The notes beneath the pieces are model-generated. The model saw nothing but the letters and a program-made list of their open reading frames with translations, ran no database searches and was not told the DNA's origin. From Octopus vulgaris (Eukaryota), in the NCBI GenBank assembly GCA_951406725.2, contig OX597820.1, forward strand, positions 66,712,001 through 66,776,000: 64,000 nucleotides of DNA, given 5' to 3'. Within the stretch, counting starts at the first letter, position 1. Every line of letters starts with the position of its first letter. Positions 12,654 to 25,285 of this stretch are shown here, piece by piece. A program made the position numbers and the translations under genes.

Positions 12654-13145
12654 CATAGATAGATATATAGAAAGGGAGAGAGAGAGAAATAGTCAGTGAG
12701 AGAAAGAACACACTTGAGAAAGGAAAGGAAAGAGAAAAAAATGAGATGACAAGCGGTGGGGGAAGAGGGCAAAGAAAGAGGATTGAGATAATAATAAAAA
12801 AAATAATAAAGGTGTGTGTGTATGTGTGTGTGTGTGTGCAAATAGGCAGATAAAAGAAGATTCTGAATAACAAAGCACCAAGTTCTATTTCAAAAATGGT
12901 TTTCTTGGAGAGGCAGTACCATTTCCTGACATCTCTAATCATTCAGTTTTTGTTTTTTGTTTTGTTTTGTCCCCCCCACCACCACCACCTTTGCTTTATG
13001 AAGATTCTTTTTATCTATTTTATAAAATTTTTCTTGGAGGTTATTTTTTTTTTAAAAAAAATTATATTTACTTTATTTTGTTTCTTCCTCATTATTGCAT
13101 TGCATTTTTTATTTGTTTATTATTAAAGTGATTGGTTGATTTTTA

Positions 13146-13203
<58 letters not shown>

Positions 13204-13735
13204 GAATTTTTTTTCCAATGCAATGACAATACTGTTCGTTGAGTGAGATATAAAGATAGAGAATAATTTGTATAGGTGTGGCAGAAAGGTGGAGGGAGGA
13301 AAATTATTATTATTATTATTATTATTAGAATAATGACTTTGAAATAATGTCAAGAGGTGTTTTAATTGTATTTTATGGTTTTATTTTATATTGAAATTAC
13401 TGTTTGCCATGTGTATTTAAGTTATTTGTAATGGGGTGAAAGGCGTGAATGAAGACCTTCATATTTCTTTTGCATTCATCTCTACTGAAGATCCCAATAT
13501 TTTAATACTTCTATCACCATATGATTTTTTTTGTTTTTTTTGGTGGTGGGGGTCAGTTTGCTTTCTTTCTTTTTTCCTTATGAAATACACTACCTATGTG
13601 TTTTCAATTAATTTCTGATAATAATCAAAGACTTTGGGAAAGATTTCATAATACAGTTTCAGGCATGGATATCTGTGGTTAAGGACATTTGCTTCTCAAG
13701 CATGTGGTCTTGTGAATGGATTTGAGAAGCAAAAC

Positions 13736-13900
13736 TTAACCATTTGGCATTTAAACTGGCGATATCCAGCACAAATATTCTGCTCGTTTTATATTCAAAC
13801 TTGCCAGCTCCTGCCTCTCACACCTGCTCTACAATGTCACTCTAAAAATAGATAACCATATCTTTGATATTTTAAGCAATGTAATAAACCATGATTTATA
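13736..13900 (+). mobile_element. Possible piggyBac-like MITE fragment
   Basis: Begins ttaaccatttggcatttaaactggc, a degenerate TTAA-CCC-type terminus; other end not found. Confidence 0.3.
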
Positions 13901-14140
13901 TAAGCAAACGATAGATAGGTGTCAATTCATTACAACTGTTTCTAACAAATTTTTTCATTGATAAATGAGTACATTATATATCATTAGAAATACATTTTCT
14001 TCAGATGAATACATGAACTATGCTGTTCAGGACATTTAAAACATTTAAAATCCATGGCATATATATATTTTGTAATTCCACAATCATTGCTGACCTGGTA
14101 TCTTACCATTTAAACACCTTATTCACCTGAATCTTAATAT

Positions 14141-14610
14141 AGGTATGGTTGTGTGGTAAGAAGCTTGCTTCCCAGCCACATGGTTCCAGGTTCAGTCCCA
14201 CTGCATGGCACCTTGGGCAAGTGTCTTCTACTATAGCCTCGGGCCGACCAAAGCTTTGTGAGCGAACTTGATAGATGGAAACTGAAAGAAGCCTATCGTA
14301 TATAAATATATATATATAGAGAGAGATAAAGATATTGATAGATAGATATAGATATATGTATACATATATATTTATTTATATATAAATATATATATGTGTG
14401 TGTGTGTGTATGTGTGTTTGTTCCCCCACTATCACTTGACAACCAATGTTAGTGTGTTCACATCCCTGAAACTTAGCAGTTCAGCAAAGGAGACTGACAG
14501 AATAAGTATTAGGCTTACAAAGAATAAGTCCTGGGGTCGATTTGTTCGACTAAAGGTGGTGCTCCAGTATGGTCACAGTCAAATAACTGAAACCAGTAAG
14601 AGAATAAAAG
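14141..14610 (+). mobile_element. SINE family A, full length
   Basis: Colinear with 6651-7060, with a longer internal microsatellite. Confidence 0.9.
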
Positions 14611-16149
14611 AATGTGATGAGTGCTTTTCAATTCCTGTCTACCAAATTAACTCAGAAGTTATTGGTCAAACAGTAGGTATTGTACCAAATGTTACCCAAT
14701 AACATTCCTGCAGTGAAGAATGAGCCCCTAACCATGTGGTTCCCTAGCAAACTTCTTAACCACACATCCATGAAAGAAAAAGAAAAACAAAAAACAAGAA
14801 TAACAGGCATGGAAAATAATAGTATGCAAAAGAATTGAAATGTAATTTTTCAACTTAGAGATGGCCACCACTGAGGATTAATGGAGAAACTCCACAGATT
14901 CAGGATTAGTGTGTCACACTAGCATCAATAGAGGAGGCGCGGCACCCCTTTTTTGGGGTCTACTATAGGCAATATGTATATGTTGTGGGGGCTTGGAGGT
15001 GACACACAATCTAGCAGTACTAGTGATGTGACTACCAGAGGCAAGTGTCTTCTCACGGTCTCATCCTCCCACCCTGGGCCTACAGGGTAAATGGTAAAAG
15101 TAGGCTCATTTAACCGGGTCGTACATGTCACTTTCACTCACCTTTCAGTAAACTTACTGAAGAGTGGTTCCCTCCTCACCACCTTCACATTTAGTCATAA
15201 TAATTCATTGGTTAGTTTTATATAGAACTCTCAGAAACGCTAGCCTTATTTTTTTGTCTTTTAGTTTTGTTTTACTTATTTTGTTTCTTGTTTTGTTTTG
15301 TTTTGTTTTTTTGTTCCTTCCTCCATGGCTGCTGCCAAATTATTTTTCTTCCTTGTTCATTCATTCATGTAATTTATGAAATATCTTCATATCACTGTAT
15401 GATGATATGCTTCACTGCCTGATATGTAGGATATGACAGTTTGATAATGTAGATGTATCACAAATATAAACATTTATATCGAGAGGAATGTGATGTTTTT
15501 ACTTTAAAAATAGAAACACAACCCAAAGAAGAGACCTTCAACATGTCTATGGATTGGTAGTAGTAGTAGTAGTAGTAGTAGTGTTGGTGGTGGAAGAATA
15601 TAAAGTAAGGTCAATGGTAAATTTCAAAGTTTTTAGTTTGGTGACCTATTGCAGAACTGGTGCCATATGTCAAAAAATATTTGGTTGATAACCAACTACA
15701 TTAGAAGATTATGGTACTGCAAACTGTTTAAGAGTTTCATTGAAGATCTCAATCCATCCAACCCCAAATCCAACCCGTTCCATCAGCAGCAATCGTCTGT
15801 TAGTTTTAGTTTGGAGAAAATTATTTAACTCATAAAATGAAAACTACATGAATTCTTGAATGACCAGGAGATGACCTGGGAGGAAAAAATAAATATTTGC
15901 ATTGATCTCCAATCTCATAAATGTCAAACGTTCTTTTAGAATAGATATTTTTTTTCCATCTAGACATATATGTTTATGCATGTGTGTGTGTGTGTGTTTT
16001 ATAGCCAAAATAGTATTTGCTATCAGTTTTAGCTGAATCAGTATTGTAGCTTAGGTTGATAACTCGGTCAAAATCAGGTGTATATTCTTGGAAATTGAAA
16101 AATTCAGAGACACCAGTCAAATAGAGAAGAACCAAAGTTGATATCAATA

Positions 16150-16300
16150 TTGATATCAAAATTTGACACAGCACCAGCAGTTTCAGGTGAGGGTCTAAGT
16201 TGATTACTTCGACCCCAGGGCTCAACTGGTACTTATTTTGTTGATTCCAAAAGGATGAAAAACAAAGTGGACCTCAGCAGAATTTGAACTCTGAATGTAA
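16150..16300 (-). mobile_element. SINE family B fragment
   Basis: aaatttgacacagcaccagca..cgaccccagggctcaactggtacttattt..aaaggatgaaa..gaatttgaactc. Confidence 0.75.
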
Positions 16301-16304
16301 AGGG

Positions 16305-16432
16305 GAGTGGCTGTGTGGTAAGTAGCTTGCTTACTAACCACATGGTTTCGGGTTCAGTCCCACTGTGTGGCACATTGGGCAAGTGTCTTCTACTATAGCC
16401 TTGGGCCGACCAAAGCCTTGTGAATGGATTTG
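16305..16432 (+). mobile_element. SINE family A, 5' half
   Basis: gagtggctgtgtggtaagtagcttgc..ccaaagccttgtgaatggatttg. Confidence 0.85.
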
Positions 16433-16439
16433 ATATGGG

Positions 16440-16902
16440 TTAACATAGTTCATGGAGAGATTCATTATGACTCAGAATGTGACAAGGTTGGCCCTTTTAA
16501 TTAAGGAGTATAACTCATTTTTGCAAGCTCATTGGACTGGAATAACATGAAATAAAGTTTTATATAAACATGAAATATAAAGTGGCAAGCTGACAGAAAT
16601 GTCAGCACGCTGGACGAAATGCTTAGCAGTATTTCATCTGTCTTCACGTTCTGAGTTCATATTCCACCGAGGTTGGCTTTGCCTTTCATCCTTTCGGGGC
16701 TAATAAATTAAGTACCAGTTGAGTACTGGGGTCGATCTAATCCAGTGGTCCCCTTCCCCCAAATCTCGGACCTTATGCCTAGAGTAGAAAAGAACATGAA
16801 ATAAAGTGTCCTGCGCAAGGACAAAATATATTGCCAGGAATCAAACTCAGAACCTTACGATCATGAGCTGAATACCATAACCACCATGCTATGTGCTTTC
16901 AC
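16440..16902 (-). mobile_element. SINE family E interrupted by a family B insertion
   Basis: Both flanks match the reverse complement of 36188-36512; interrupted at 16578-16791. Confidence 0.7.
16578..16791 (+). mobile_element. SINE family B with target-site duplication
   Basis: Full B body with aacatgaaata on both sides. Confidence 0.85.
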
Positions 16903-17452
16903 ATTACACTATTCCACAGAATAATACCAGTTTCTTCGTATACTTTGTCCAGTTACTGAAATTATGTTTGTATTAAAAGAGTGTATTTTAGAAATAAGAG
17001 CTGACAGAAAAAGGCTATACATTTACTGTTGTTTAAATAGACTTCTACACAGCCTGCCAAAATGGTTTAGGTTCCCACAAGCAGTCAGTCTTATCTTTGG
17101 CATGCTCTGTATAGTCGGAGAACCATCATATTCTTATAAATCTGTTGGCTCCTTTCTCTAAATGTTGTTATAGGTTATTTAACTAATCCAGTGATTTTTC
17201 ATTTGTTAGAGGAAGAACTATGGAAGAATAAAGATAAACGAAAGTAAAATGCTATTGTTGTTCGCCTTTTATTATTTTTTTTTATTTCAATTCTTGAAAT
17301 TCTCATAAAAATTCCCAAAAACAATAATGGCATGAAGTGAAAGACAATAATGGAAAATATGGAATTTAATTAGAAATTGTTTGGCTATTTTTTTTTACCT
17401 AATATTTTAAAATTACTTTTCCCCCTTTTTTTTTACTTTTATTTTTCTGGGA

Positions 17453-17491
<39 letters not shown>

Positions 17492-17789
17492 TCTCTCTCT
17501 CAAGTTTTTGCTTATCTATTTCTCTTATGTGATCTGGTATTCATAATTGGAATTCGAAGTATTCCTATTTTTATGAGAATGTGATGATAATTGTATTTCT
17601 TTCTTCCTTTTTTTTCTTTCATCAGAAGTGCAATGGTGATAACTAACATAGGTATTCACCTATTGACCTTAAAATGGTTCAAATAACGCCATTTCTTCTC
17701 CTCCCTTAACTCTGCATTTCTGTGGTGTTTTCATCGCTTCCATACCAACCTGCTAAAAATAGCAACCGAAACATCATCAACATCACCAT

Positions 17790-17990
17790 CATCATCATAA
17801 TCACTTAACATCTGTTTTCCATGCTGGCATGGGTTGGATGGTTTGATAGCAACTGGCAAGGCTGAGACCCACACCAGGCTCCTGTCATCTGCTTTGGCAT
17901 GGTTTCAACAGCTGGATGCTCTTCCTGACACCAACCATTTTAAAGAATGTACTGGATGCTTTTTGAATGGTACCATCACCATTGCTTTTT
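17790..17990 (-). mobile_element. Family G repeat (RTE-linked, (GAT)n tail)
   Basis: catcat..ttaacatctgttttccatgctggcatgggttggatgg..cagctggatgctcttcctgacaccaacc. Confidence 0.7.
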
Positions 17991-18254
17991 TACATAAAGC
18001 ACACCAACCTACCTTGAGGGTGGTGGGGAATGATAGCTACAGTGATAAATAACAAAGCTGGGATGGTCATGGCTAGAATGTCTTCGATTATAGGTTTACT
18101 TAATATTAAGACTGACCTAGCTCTACTACTATTACTACCACTATTACTGTTGTTACTACTACCACCACCACAACACCCCTCAACTGCTGCTGCTGCTGCT
18201 ACTACTACTACTATTACTGTTGCTGCTACTTCTACTATCTTTAATTTATGAAGA

Positions 18255-18430
18255 GGCCTCTTAAGTAGTCACTCAAGTTGCTAAATATAACAACCAAATG
18301 TTTCTCATATCACACCCTAACTCCCTTATGGAAGGAAGAACATGTAAGGTGATGGAGTCCTTGAGACATTATGCCTGAAAAAACTAAAAGTAAAACATAG
18401 ATGAGATGGTCACGTCTGGAACCTATTCGA
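18255..18430 (-). mobile_element. Old interspersed repeat, family H
   Basis: gctaaatataacaaccaaatg..tcacacccta..gatggtcacgtctggaa, similar to 59975-60135 and the reverse complement of 40046-40230. Confidence 0.5.
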
Positions 18431-19426
18431 TTTATGCTAACAGGTTCTAAACCTCATCAGCGGTTTCATTTGTGATTGGTTGGCATCAGCAGGTCCAGTC
18501 ATGCCCATCCTAGCTTCCTTTGCTGTTTCAGCAAATTCCAGATGTGGTGAAGTGGACATGTGGCATTCATGCTTGACTCCACTGCTTACTTCTTGAAGTC
18601 TGGTACTTACATTGTAGGGAACTTTTTTGATGATCACATTGTTTATGTAGCTGTATTCTTATACAGAACTTTCGGTGCTGGCTTTAATTTCTACAGAAAA
18701 TCTGTGGAGATAACTTCAAAAAGTGATTGAATCACACTGCAAATACAAATGAGACACAATATTGACTTAAAAGTCTTTAATATACTTATTAGTATACTAC
18801 GGTTGTGCAATAAAACAGGGTGTCCCTACCAGCAATTAATATAATTTACAGAATACATGTGGCAGTCCTGTAGGATTACCAAAAAGAATCACACACTGAA
18901 AGACCCACATAATTCAAGTAAGATGACATGAGCAAGCAAAAAAAAAAATCTAATTAATTGGAATTTAGAGAAAGAAAACAAAAACCTAATGGTGACTGTT
19001 GGCAAATCTCCAAGAGATTGTAAACGTACGTGTTTGTATATATGTGTGAATTTCTGAACAGGCTCTTCCACTTTCTACCTTACCACTCTTGCACAGACCC
19101 CACAAACCTGTTATGACTCCTAAATTGTTGACATGGAGGGAAACTGTCTGCTCTTCCATTTTCTATCCCACCTCCTTCCTTTGGCACACAGATTCCCTCC
19201 AAGACACACACATGCATGTATACATACAGGTGATACAGTAAAGCTACCAGCTGCTGCTCTTCTGCTTTCTATTTGACCTCCCTTGTAAAAATTCCATACC
19301 TTCACCACCATCACCTCCACTCCAGCTGTGATTCCTAAATAGTTGATACAGCAAAGAGACCAGCCCTGTTACCTTTGCTCAGCTATCAACACCATCAGCC
19401 TCTCATGTCCATTGTAGCACATCTCT

Positions 19427-19472
<46 letters not shown>

Positions 19473-19886
19473 GTTATGCTTTCTCATCAATGTTATTGTC
19501 TTTAACGGTTGTTATCTCTGCAAACAATGGTTAATTGGAAGTGAAAGGAAAAAAATATATATTTATCCTATTGGACACACATGCAGATGCACATATGTGC
19601 ATACATATACACACACTCACTTATACACGTATACATATACATACATGCACATATATGAGAGAAAGAGTGATATACACACATATGCTGTATATACACATAC
19701 ATGTATGCAGATGTATGCACACACACACACACACTCTAATCTTCACTGCTGTTACCAATTTAGAGCAAAGTAAAGAATGGTCTCCCTAGAAATTAATTAT
19801 TTCACCTAAACACTTATATACATTCACATGTGTGTATATACACACACACATACATACATACATATATATATATATATATGTATGTA

Positions 19887-19929
<43 letters not shown>

Positions 19930-20660
19930 ATGTGTATGTATATATATATATATGTATTTATATATATGTTTGTATATATATATATATAAATATATACAGA
20001 CCTATATACATTCACATGTGTATATATATATATATATGTGTGTATGCATATAAGTATGTATGTGTGTGTGTGTATGTGTGTGTGTGTATGTGTGTGTGTG
20101 TGTGTGTATGCTCATTATATCAATCTCTAAATCTCTCTCTTTTCTGCATAAGGAGATTTCTTCTTTACTTTCCTTTCCAACTATCTACAGGAATCCTCAT
20201 TGCCAACTATTTATAGGCGCTTCATCCATATGTAAATTTCGTATCAGTTGATTCTCTTTCTGAAGAATTTCCAACAGGGGATATCTTATATGTTTCTCAT
20301 ACATGTACAATTTTGTAATTCTGCTTAGTAAAACGAAACATGTGTAATGGCGAATAAATAATATGAAAAATTTTCCAGACTCCTGTCTTGGTATATGTAC
20401 ATGTGAATGTAGATGTGGGGGGAGGTGTTTACATATTTATATATATATGTATATACACACATCTATACACATGTGAATTTACACACACACATATATATAT
20501 ATACACACACATACATGTATGTATGTTTCTACATGTATATATAGTATATGGTATTTATTCCAGCCATTTACATTCTGTTTATGTGTGTGTGTACATATGT
20601 ATATACACATGTATATACAGGTGCATTTGCACACACACACGCACACCTATATATATATAG

Positions 20661-21066
20661 GTGCAGGAGTGTCTGTGTGGTAAGTAGCTTGCTTACCAAC
20701 CACATAGTTCCAGGTTCAGTCCCACTGCGTGGCACCTTGGGCAAGTGTCTTCTACTATAGCCTCCAGCTGACCAAAGCCTTGTTAGTGGATTTGGTTGCC
20801 AGAAACTAAAAGAAGCCCGTCGCATATATGTATATATATATATATATATGCATGTATGTATGTACGTGTATATGTTTGTGTGTCTGTGTTTGACAACCGA
20901 TGGTGGTGTGTTTACATCCCTGTAACTTAGCAGTTTGGCAAAGGAGACCAATGGAATAAGTATTAGGCTTACAAAGAATAAGTCCCGGGGTTGATTTGCT
21001 CAACTAAAAGCAGTGCTCCAGCATGGCTGCAGTCAAATGACTGAAACAAGTAAAAGAGTAAGAGAG
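20661..21066 (+). mobile_element. SINE family A, near full length
   Basis: Colinear with 6651-7060. Confidence 0.92.
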
Positions 21067-22817
21067 TATACACACACATGTATGTATATAGTATGTGGTA
21101 TTTGTTCCAGTTGTTTATATTCTGAGTTCAAATCCCACCAAGGCCAGCTTGGGCCTTCCATTTCCCCCAGGGTTGATGAAATAAAGTACCAGTCAAGTAC
21201 TGGGAGATGGTAAGGAAGGAGGAGTGTGGCAGTGATGCTATCAACTATTCCAATTTCAGGCCTTCAAACTCAATTAGAAATTGTTGTTGTTCTATATACA
21301 GTTATATAATATTATTGTGCTCGTTAAATAAGTTAACTCTGCTTTTCTCTCTCTCTCTCTCTCTCTTTTTTTGGTTTTTTTTTTTTGGTTCTTCTGTAAA
21401 ACTCCAATAATTTGTTGAATTAAGAACAGCCCACTTAGCTTGTCATAAGTAATAACTGCTTTTGGACATCACAATATGTGTGCACATGTGTATGTGTTTG
21501 TGTGTTATGTAATGTGTGTGTGTGTGTATTCTTGTGTGTCATTGTGTTTGTATGTGCTTATAATTGTGGGATGGTTTGTGTTTGAGAGTAAGTCTTTTGT
21601 GTATGTTTTGTATGTATGTGTATATGTGTCTATGTGTCTCTTTATGATTGTGTGCATGCGTGCATGTGTGTGTATGCGCACATGTTGTTATGTGTTGGTT
21701 GCGTTCCTGTGTCTGGCAATATCTTCATAGAATTACTGTCTTCTTCTCTTCAAGATTGGAAACAGTACTAAACTGGTATGAGTGATGGATGGCCTGATTG
21801 ACTTGATTGACAATTTGACTGATAGAGCAGTTGACAAATTGAGTGGTGGACCAAATGGCCAAACAACTGACCAGCAGACTTCCTTGTAACTTAATTGTTC
21901 AACAAAATAGACCAATATTACAAGTGCCAAACTTAAAAAGCAGAAAAAAGTACTGGCAGAGTAATCTCTTTGAAAAATCTTTCAAGTTGTTGCTCCAGAA
22001 TGGCTGCAGTCAATAAAACACATGTATGACATATTACGAAATGTTGCCACAATATTATACCAGAGCACTTTCATGCAAGAATTTAAAGTTTTAGAAAGAG
22101 AGAAAAGAAAAAAAAAATGAAACAGAAATACATTAAGCATCAATATCTGATTTACCATTCTTTTATCTTCTAGAATTTATTTACTCAACTCTTTGAAATT
22201 TTCCTTTTGAGTTCCCAACATATATAAAGCACCTGTATGTGAGATGAAATACACCATAAATATTTGTATGCATTCTGTACCTTCTATTATTGTCAACAGC
22301 TTATATACGTTTCGACTTTGCAAGGATCCAGCCTTGCCTGTCAACAGTGGTTTCGTATTTAAACTTACAATGGAATACGAGATTTGAATATTTTAATGTG
22401 CTCGGTTTTTGTTTTCCCCATTTTGTTTCATGTTTCTGTAACTTTTTATATATTTTTTTAAATATATATATATATATTTCGTTGTTATTTTCTAATTTTC
22501 TCTCGGATTTACGTTGCATTAATGCAGGTGTCTGCACTTGTTTGTCTCGCTGCAAATAAACAAAGTGCACTATTAATTTACTTTATTTCAGTTCTCTGTG
22601 GCTTTGCTAGCTGCAAGTGTATGCACATGATAGTGTGTGCATGTGTGCATGCCTCCATGAACACATGTATTCTGTTGCTGTCCATTCAGGTTAGCTAGCT
22701 ATGTCTGTATACCTTCTACTCTTTACTTGCTTCAGTCATTAGACTGTGGCCATGCTGGGGCACTATCTTGAAGAATTTTAGCCAAATGAATTAACTCCAC
22801 TCTCTTTACTCTTTACT

Positions 22818-23219
22818 ATTTTACTTGTTTCAGTCATTTGACTGCGGCCATGCTGGAGCACTGCCTTTAATTGAGCAACTCGACCTCGGGACTTATTCTT
22901 TTGTAAGCCCAGTACTTATTCTATCGGTCTCTTCTGCCGAACCGCTAAGTGACGGGGACATAAACACACCAGCATCGGTTGTCAAGCAATGCTAGGGGGA
23001 CAAACACAGACACACAAACACACACACATACACATACATATATATACATATATACGACGGGTTTCTTTTCAGTTTCCATCTACCAAATCCACTCACAAGG
23101 CTTTGGTCGGCCCAAGGCTATAGTAGAAGACACTTGCCCAAGGTGCCACGCAGTGGCACTGAACCCGGAACCATGTGGTTGGTAAGCAAGCTACTTACCA
23201 CACAGCCACTCCTGCGCCT
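22818..23219 (-). mobile_element. SINE family A, full length, CpG-retaining (young)
   Basis: Complete reverse-complement copy ending cacacagccactcctgcgcc. Confidence 0.93.
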
Positions 23220-23419
23220 ATATTTATTTATATTATACTTATACTTATTTATTTTCTTTTTAAAGCTTTTGTACTCATTCTATCAGTCTATTTTGCTGAA
23301 CTGCCAAGTCACAAGGATAAGTGGTGGAGGGGGACAAACACAGACGCATAAAGAGACATGAGTAAATTCCACTGCCAAAGTGAATATTTTTGTCTTTTAC
23401 TCAGGCTGTTCCGGTATGT

Positions 23420-23629
23420 CACTCATCTGTAGAAATGAGTTGGCGGCATCACTAGTGCCAAGCTGTATCAGCCTTTGCTTTTCCCTTGGGTAACATTGGT
23501 GGTGTGCGAGAGAGGGCAACAGGTATGGATGGGTGGCTGCTAGTTTTCCATAAACAACCTTGCCCAGACTTGTGCCTTGGAGGGCAACTTCCTAAGTGCA
23601 ATCTCATGGATAGCCATGACCAAAAGGGG

Positions 23630-23635
<6 letters not shown>
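23420..23635 (+). mobile_element. SINE family D, 3' part
   Basis: ctgtagaaatgagttg..gtgccaagctgtatcagcctttg..aacaaccttgcccagacttgtgcct, matching 40875-41080. Confidence 0.8.
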
Positions 23636-23671
<36 letters not shown>

Positions 23672-24632
23672 ATTCTTTCAGGTGAAAGGATATAACTGAA
23701 TGAGCTCTGGCTTGGCTTTATGGTTAATGAGCTCATTTTGCAACCATGTAATTCCTGGCAGTGCTGTCTTAAGGGGTGGTCATACTGAGAAGTTGCCCTG
23801 ATTTATGTATACTATGATACTATGACTAGCCCTCAATAAATAAATACTATAGGGCCCAGTGGATTGATTCCCCCTGGGGGCCAATAATACGTTTAAGTCA
23901 GCTTGGGTTCCGGCTTAGATTGCACTGTATTGCACTTTGGGCATGTGGCCCCTACCAAAACCCTGAATTACTCAATACCTAAAGTGTGGAATATGGTTGA
24001 TGGAAACTGTATAAGCCAAATGTGTGTGTGTGTGTTTATTTTTGCAAGCATATATCAGCAAAAGATATAAATATTGGCAAAACCAGTTGTCTTCAAATGA
24101 AGTCCTTTGCAAAATTTGTTCCTTACCGAATTACAGAAAACCCCTTGCTATTCTCTCCTTCGGAAATACAATGAATCTATGATACTAGGGCCATTGGAAA
24201 CCTGTAACAAACTACACTATTGTACTCAATTACATTATCATCGCAACAACAACAACAATAAATTTAATAATTATAATAATAGATAAGTAAATTGATATAG
24301 ACAATAGAAATACAAAAGCTGTGGCTAATAAGTAAGTCTTCAGCTTTGGATTTGTGCAAGTAGAACTAACACACTAATCCATAGACATCAGACAGATTCA
24401 CTTGAACAAGATCTCCTCTTAATCCATATAAGCTGATAAATTATTTATTTCATACGAATACTAAATAAATGTGTTTTCTTCCTGACTGTTTCCTGATCAT
24501 CAGTCTCCATCAATTAAATCACTTAGATTATATAATATGGCTGGCTTCGTCATCCTCATCATCATCATCACCATCAATATCATTATTCATTTTTTAATGA
24601 TGATAATCATCACCACTATCATCATTATTATA

Positions 24633-25285
24633 AAGGTGGTGAGTTGGCAGAGTCATTAGCAAGCTAGGCAAAACGCTTGGTGGAGTTTCATCTTATCTTT
24701 TCATTCTGTGTTCAAATTCCACCTCGGGTATTAAACTTTGCCGTTCATCCTTTCGAGAGTCGACAGAATAAGTACCAGCTGCGTTCTGGGGTTAATGTAA
24801 TCGACTTGCCCTCTCCACTGAAATTACTGCCGTTGGCAAAAATTTGAAACCATTATTATTATGATCATCAGCATCATCATCATCATCATCATCACAAAAT
24901 AGCAAACTGGCAGAATCATTAGCAAGTCAGACGAAATGCTTAGTGATATTTTGTCAGTCTTTAGTTTATAAGTTCAAATTCCACTGAGGTCGACTTTGCC
25001 TTTCATCTTTTCAGGGTCGATAAATTAAGTACCAGTTACACACTGGAGTCGATGTAATCAACTTTTCTCTCCCCCGAAATGTCAGGCCTTGTGCCTACAA
25101 TGGAAAGGATTATTATTATTATCATTATTATTACTTGTTCTTGTTGTTAATCCGCCAAGGTCAGCTTTACCTTTCATCCTTTCGGGGCCGATTAATTAAA
25201 TACCAGTTGTGTACTGGGGTCAATCTAATCGACCGGGCCCCCTCCCCTAAAATTTCAGGCCTTGTGTCTAGAGTAGAAAGCATTA
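24633..25285 (+). mobile_element. Three head-to-tail SINE family B copies (24633-24855, 24897-25115, 5'-truncated 25150-25285)
   Basis: Repeated ctggcagaatcattagc / ttcaaattccac / tttcatcctttcgggg / taagtaccag blocks separated by (ATT/ATC)n. Confidence 0.88.

Noticed and set aside
14905-15035. Possible Tip100-like MITE termini (also 23757-23905 and near 59250)
   Set aside because: Termini too degenerate and no TSD visible
19342-19390. Hairpin whose minus strand contains TGAGCAAAG, like miR-87
   Set aside because: Only about 9 nt match, on the wrong arm, with a large asymmetric internal loop
22295-22345. tcgaaacg hammerhead half-motif on the minus strand (similar weak one near 46335)
   Set aside because: No CUGANGA box found at a pairing distance
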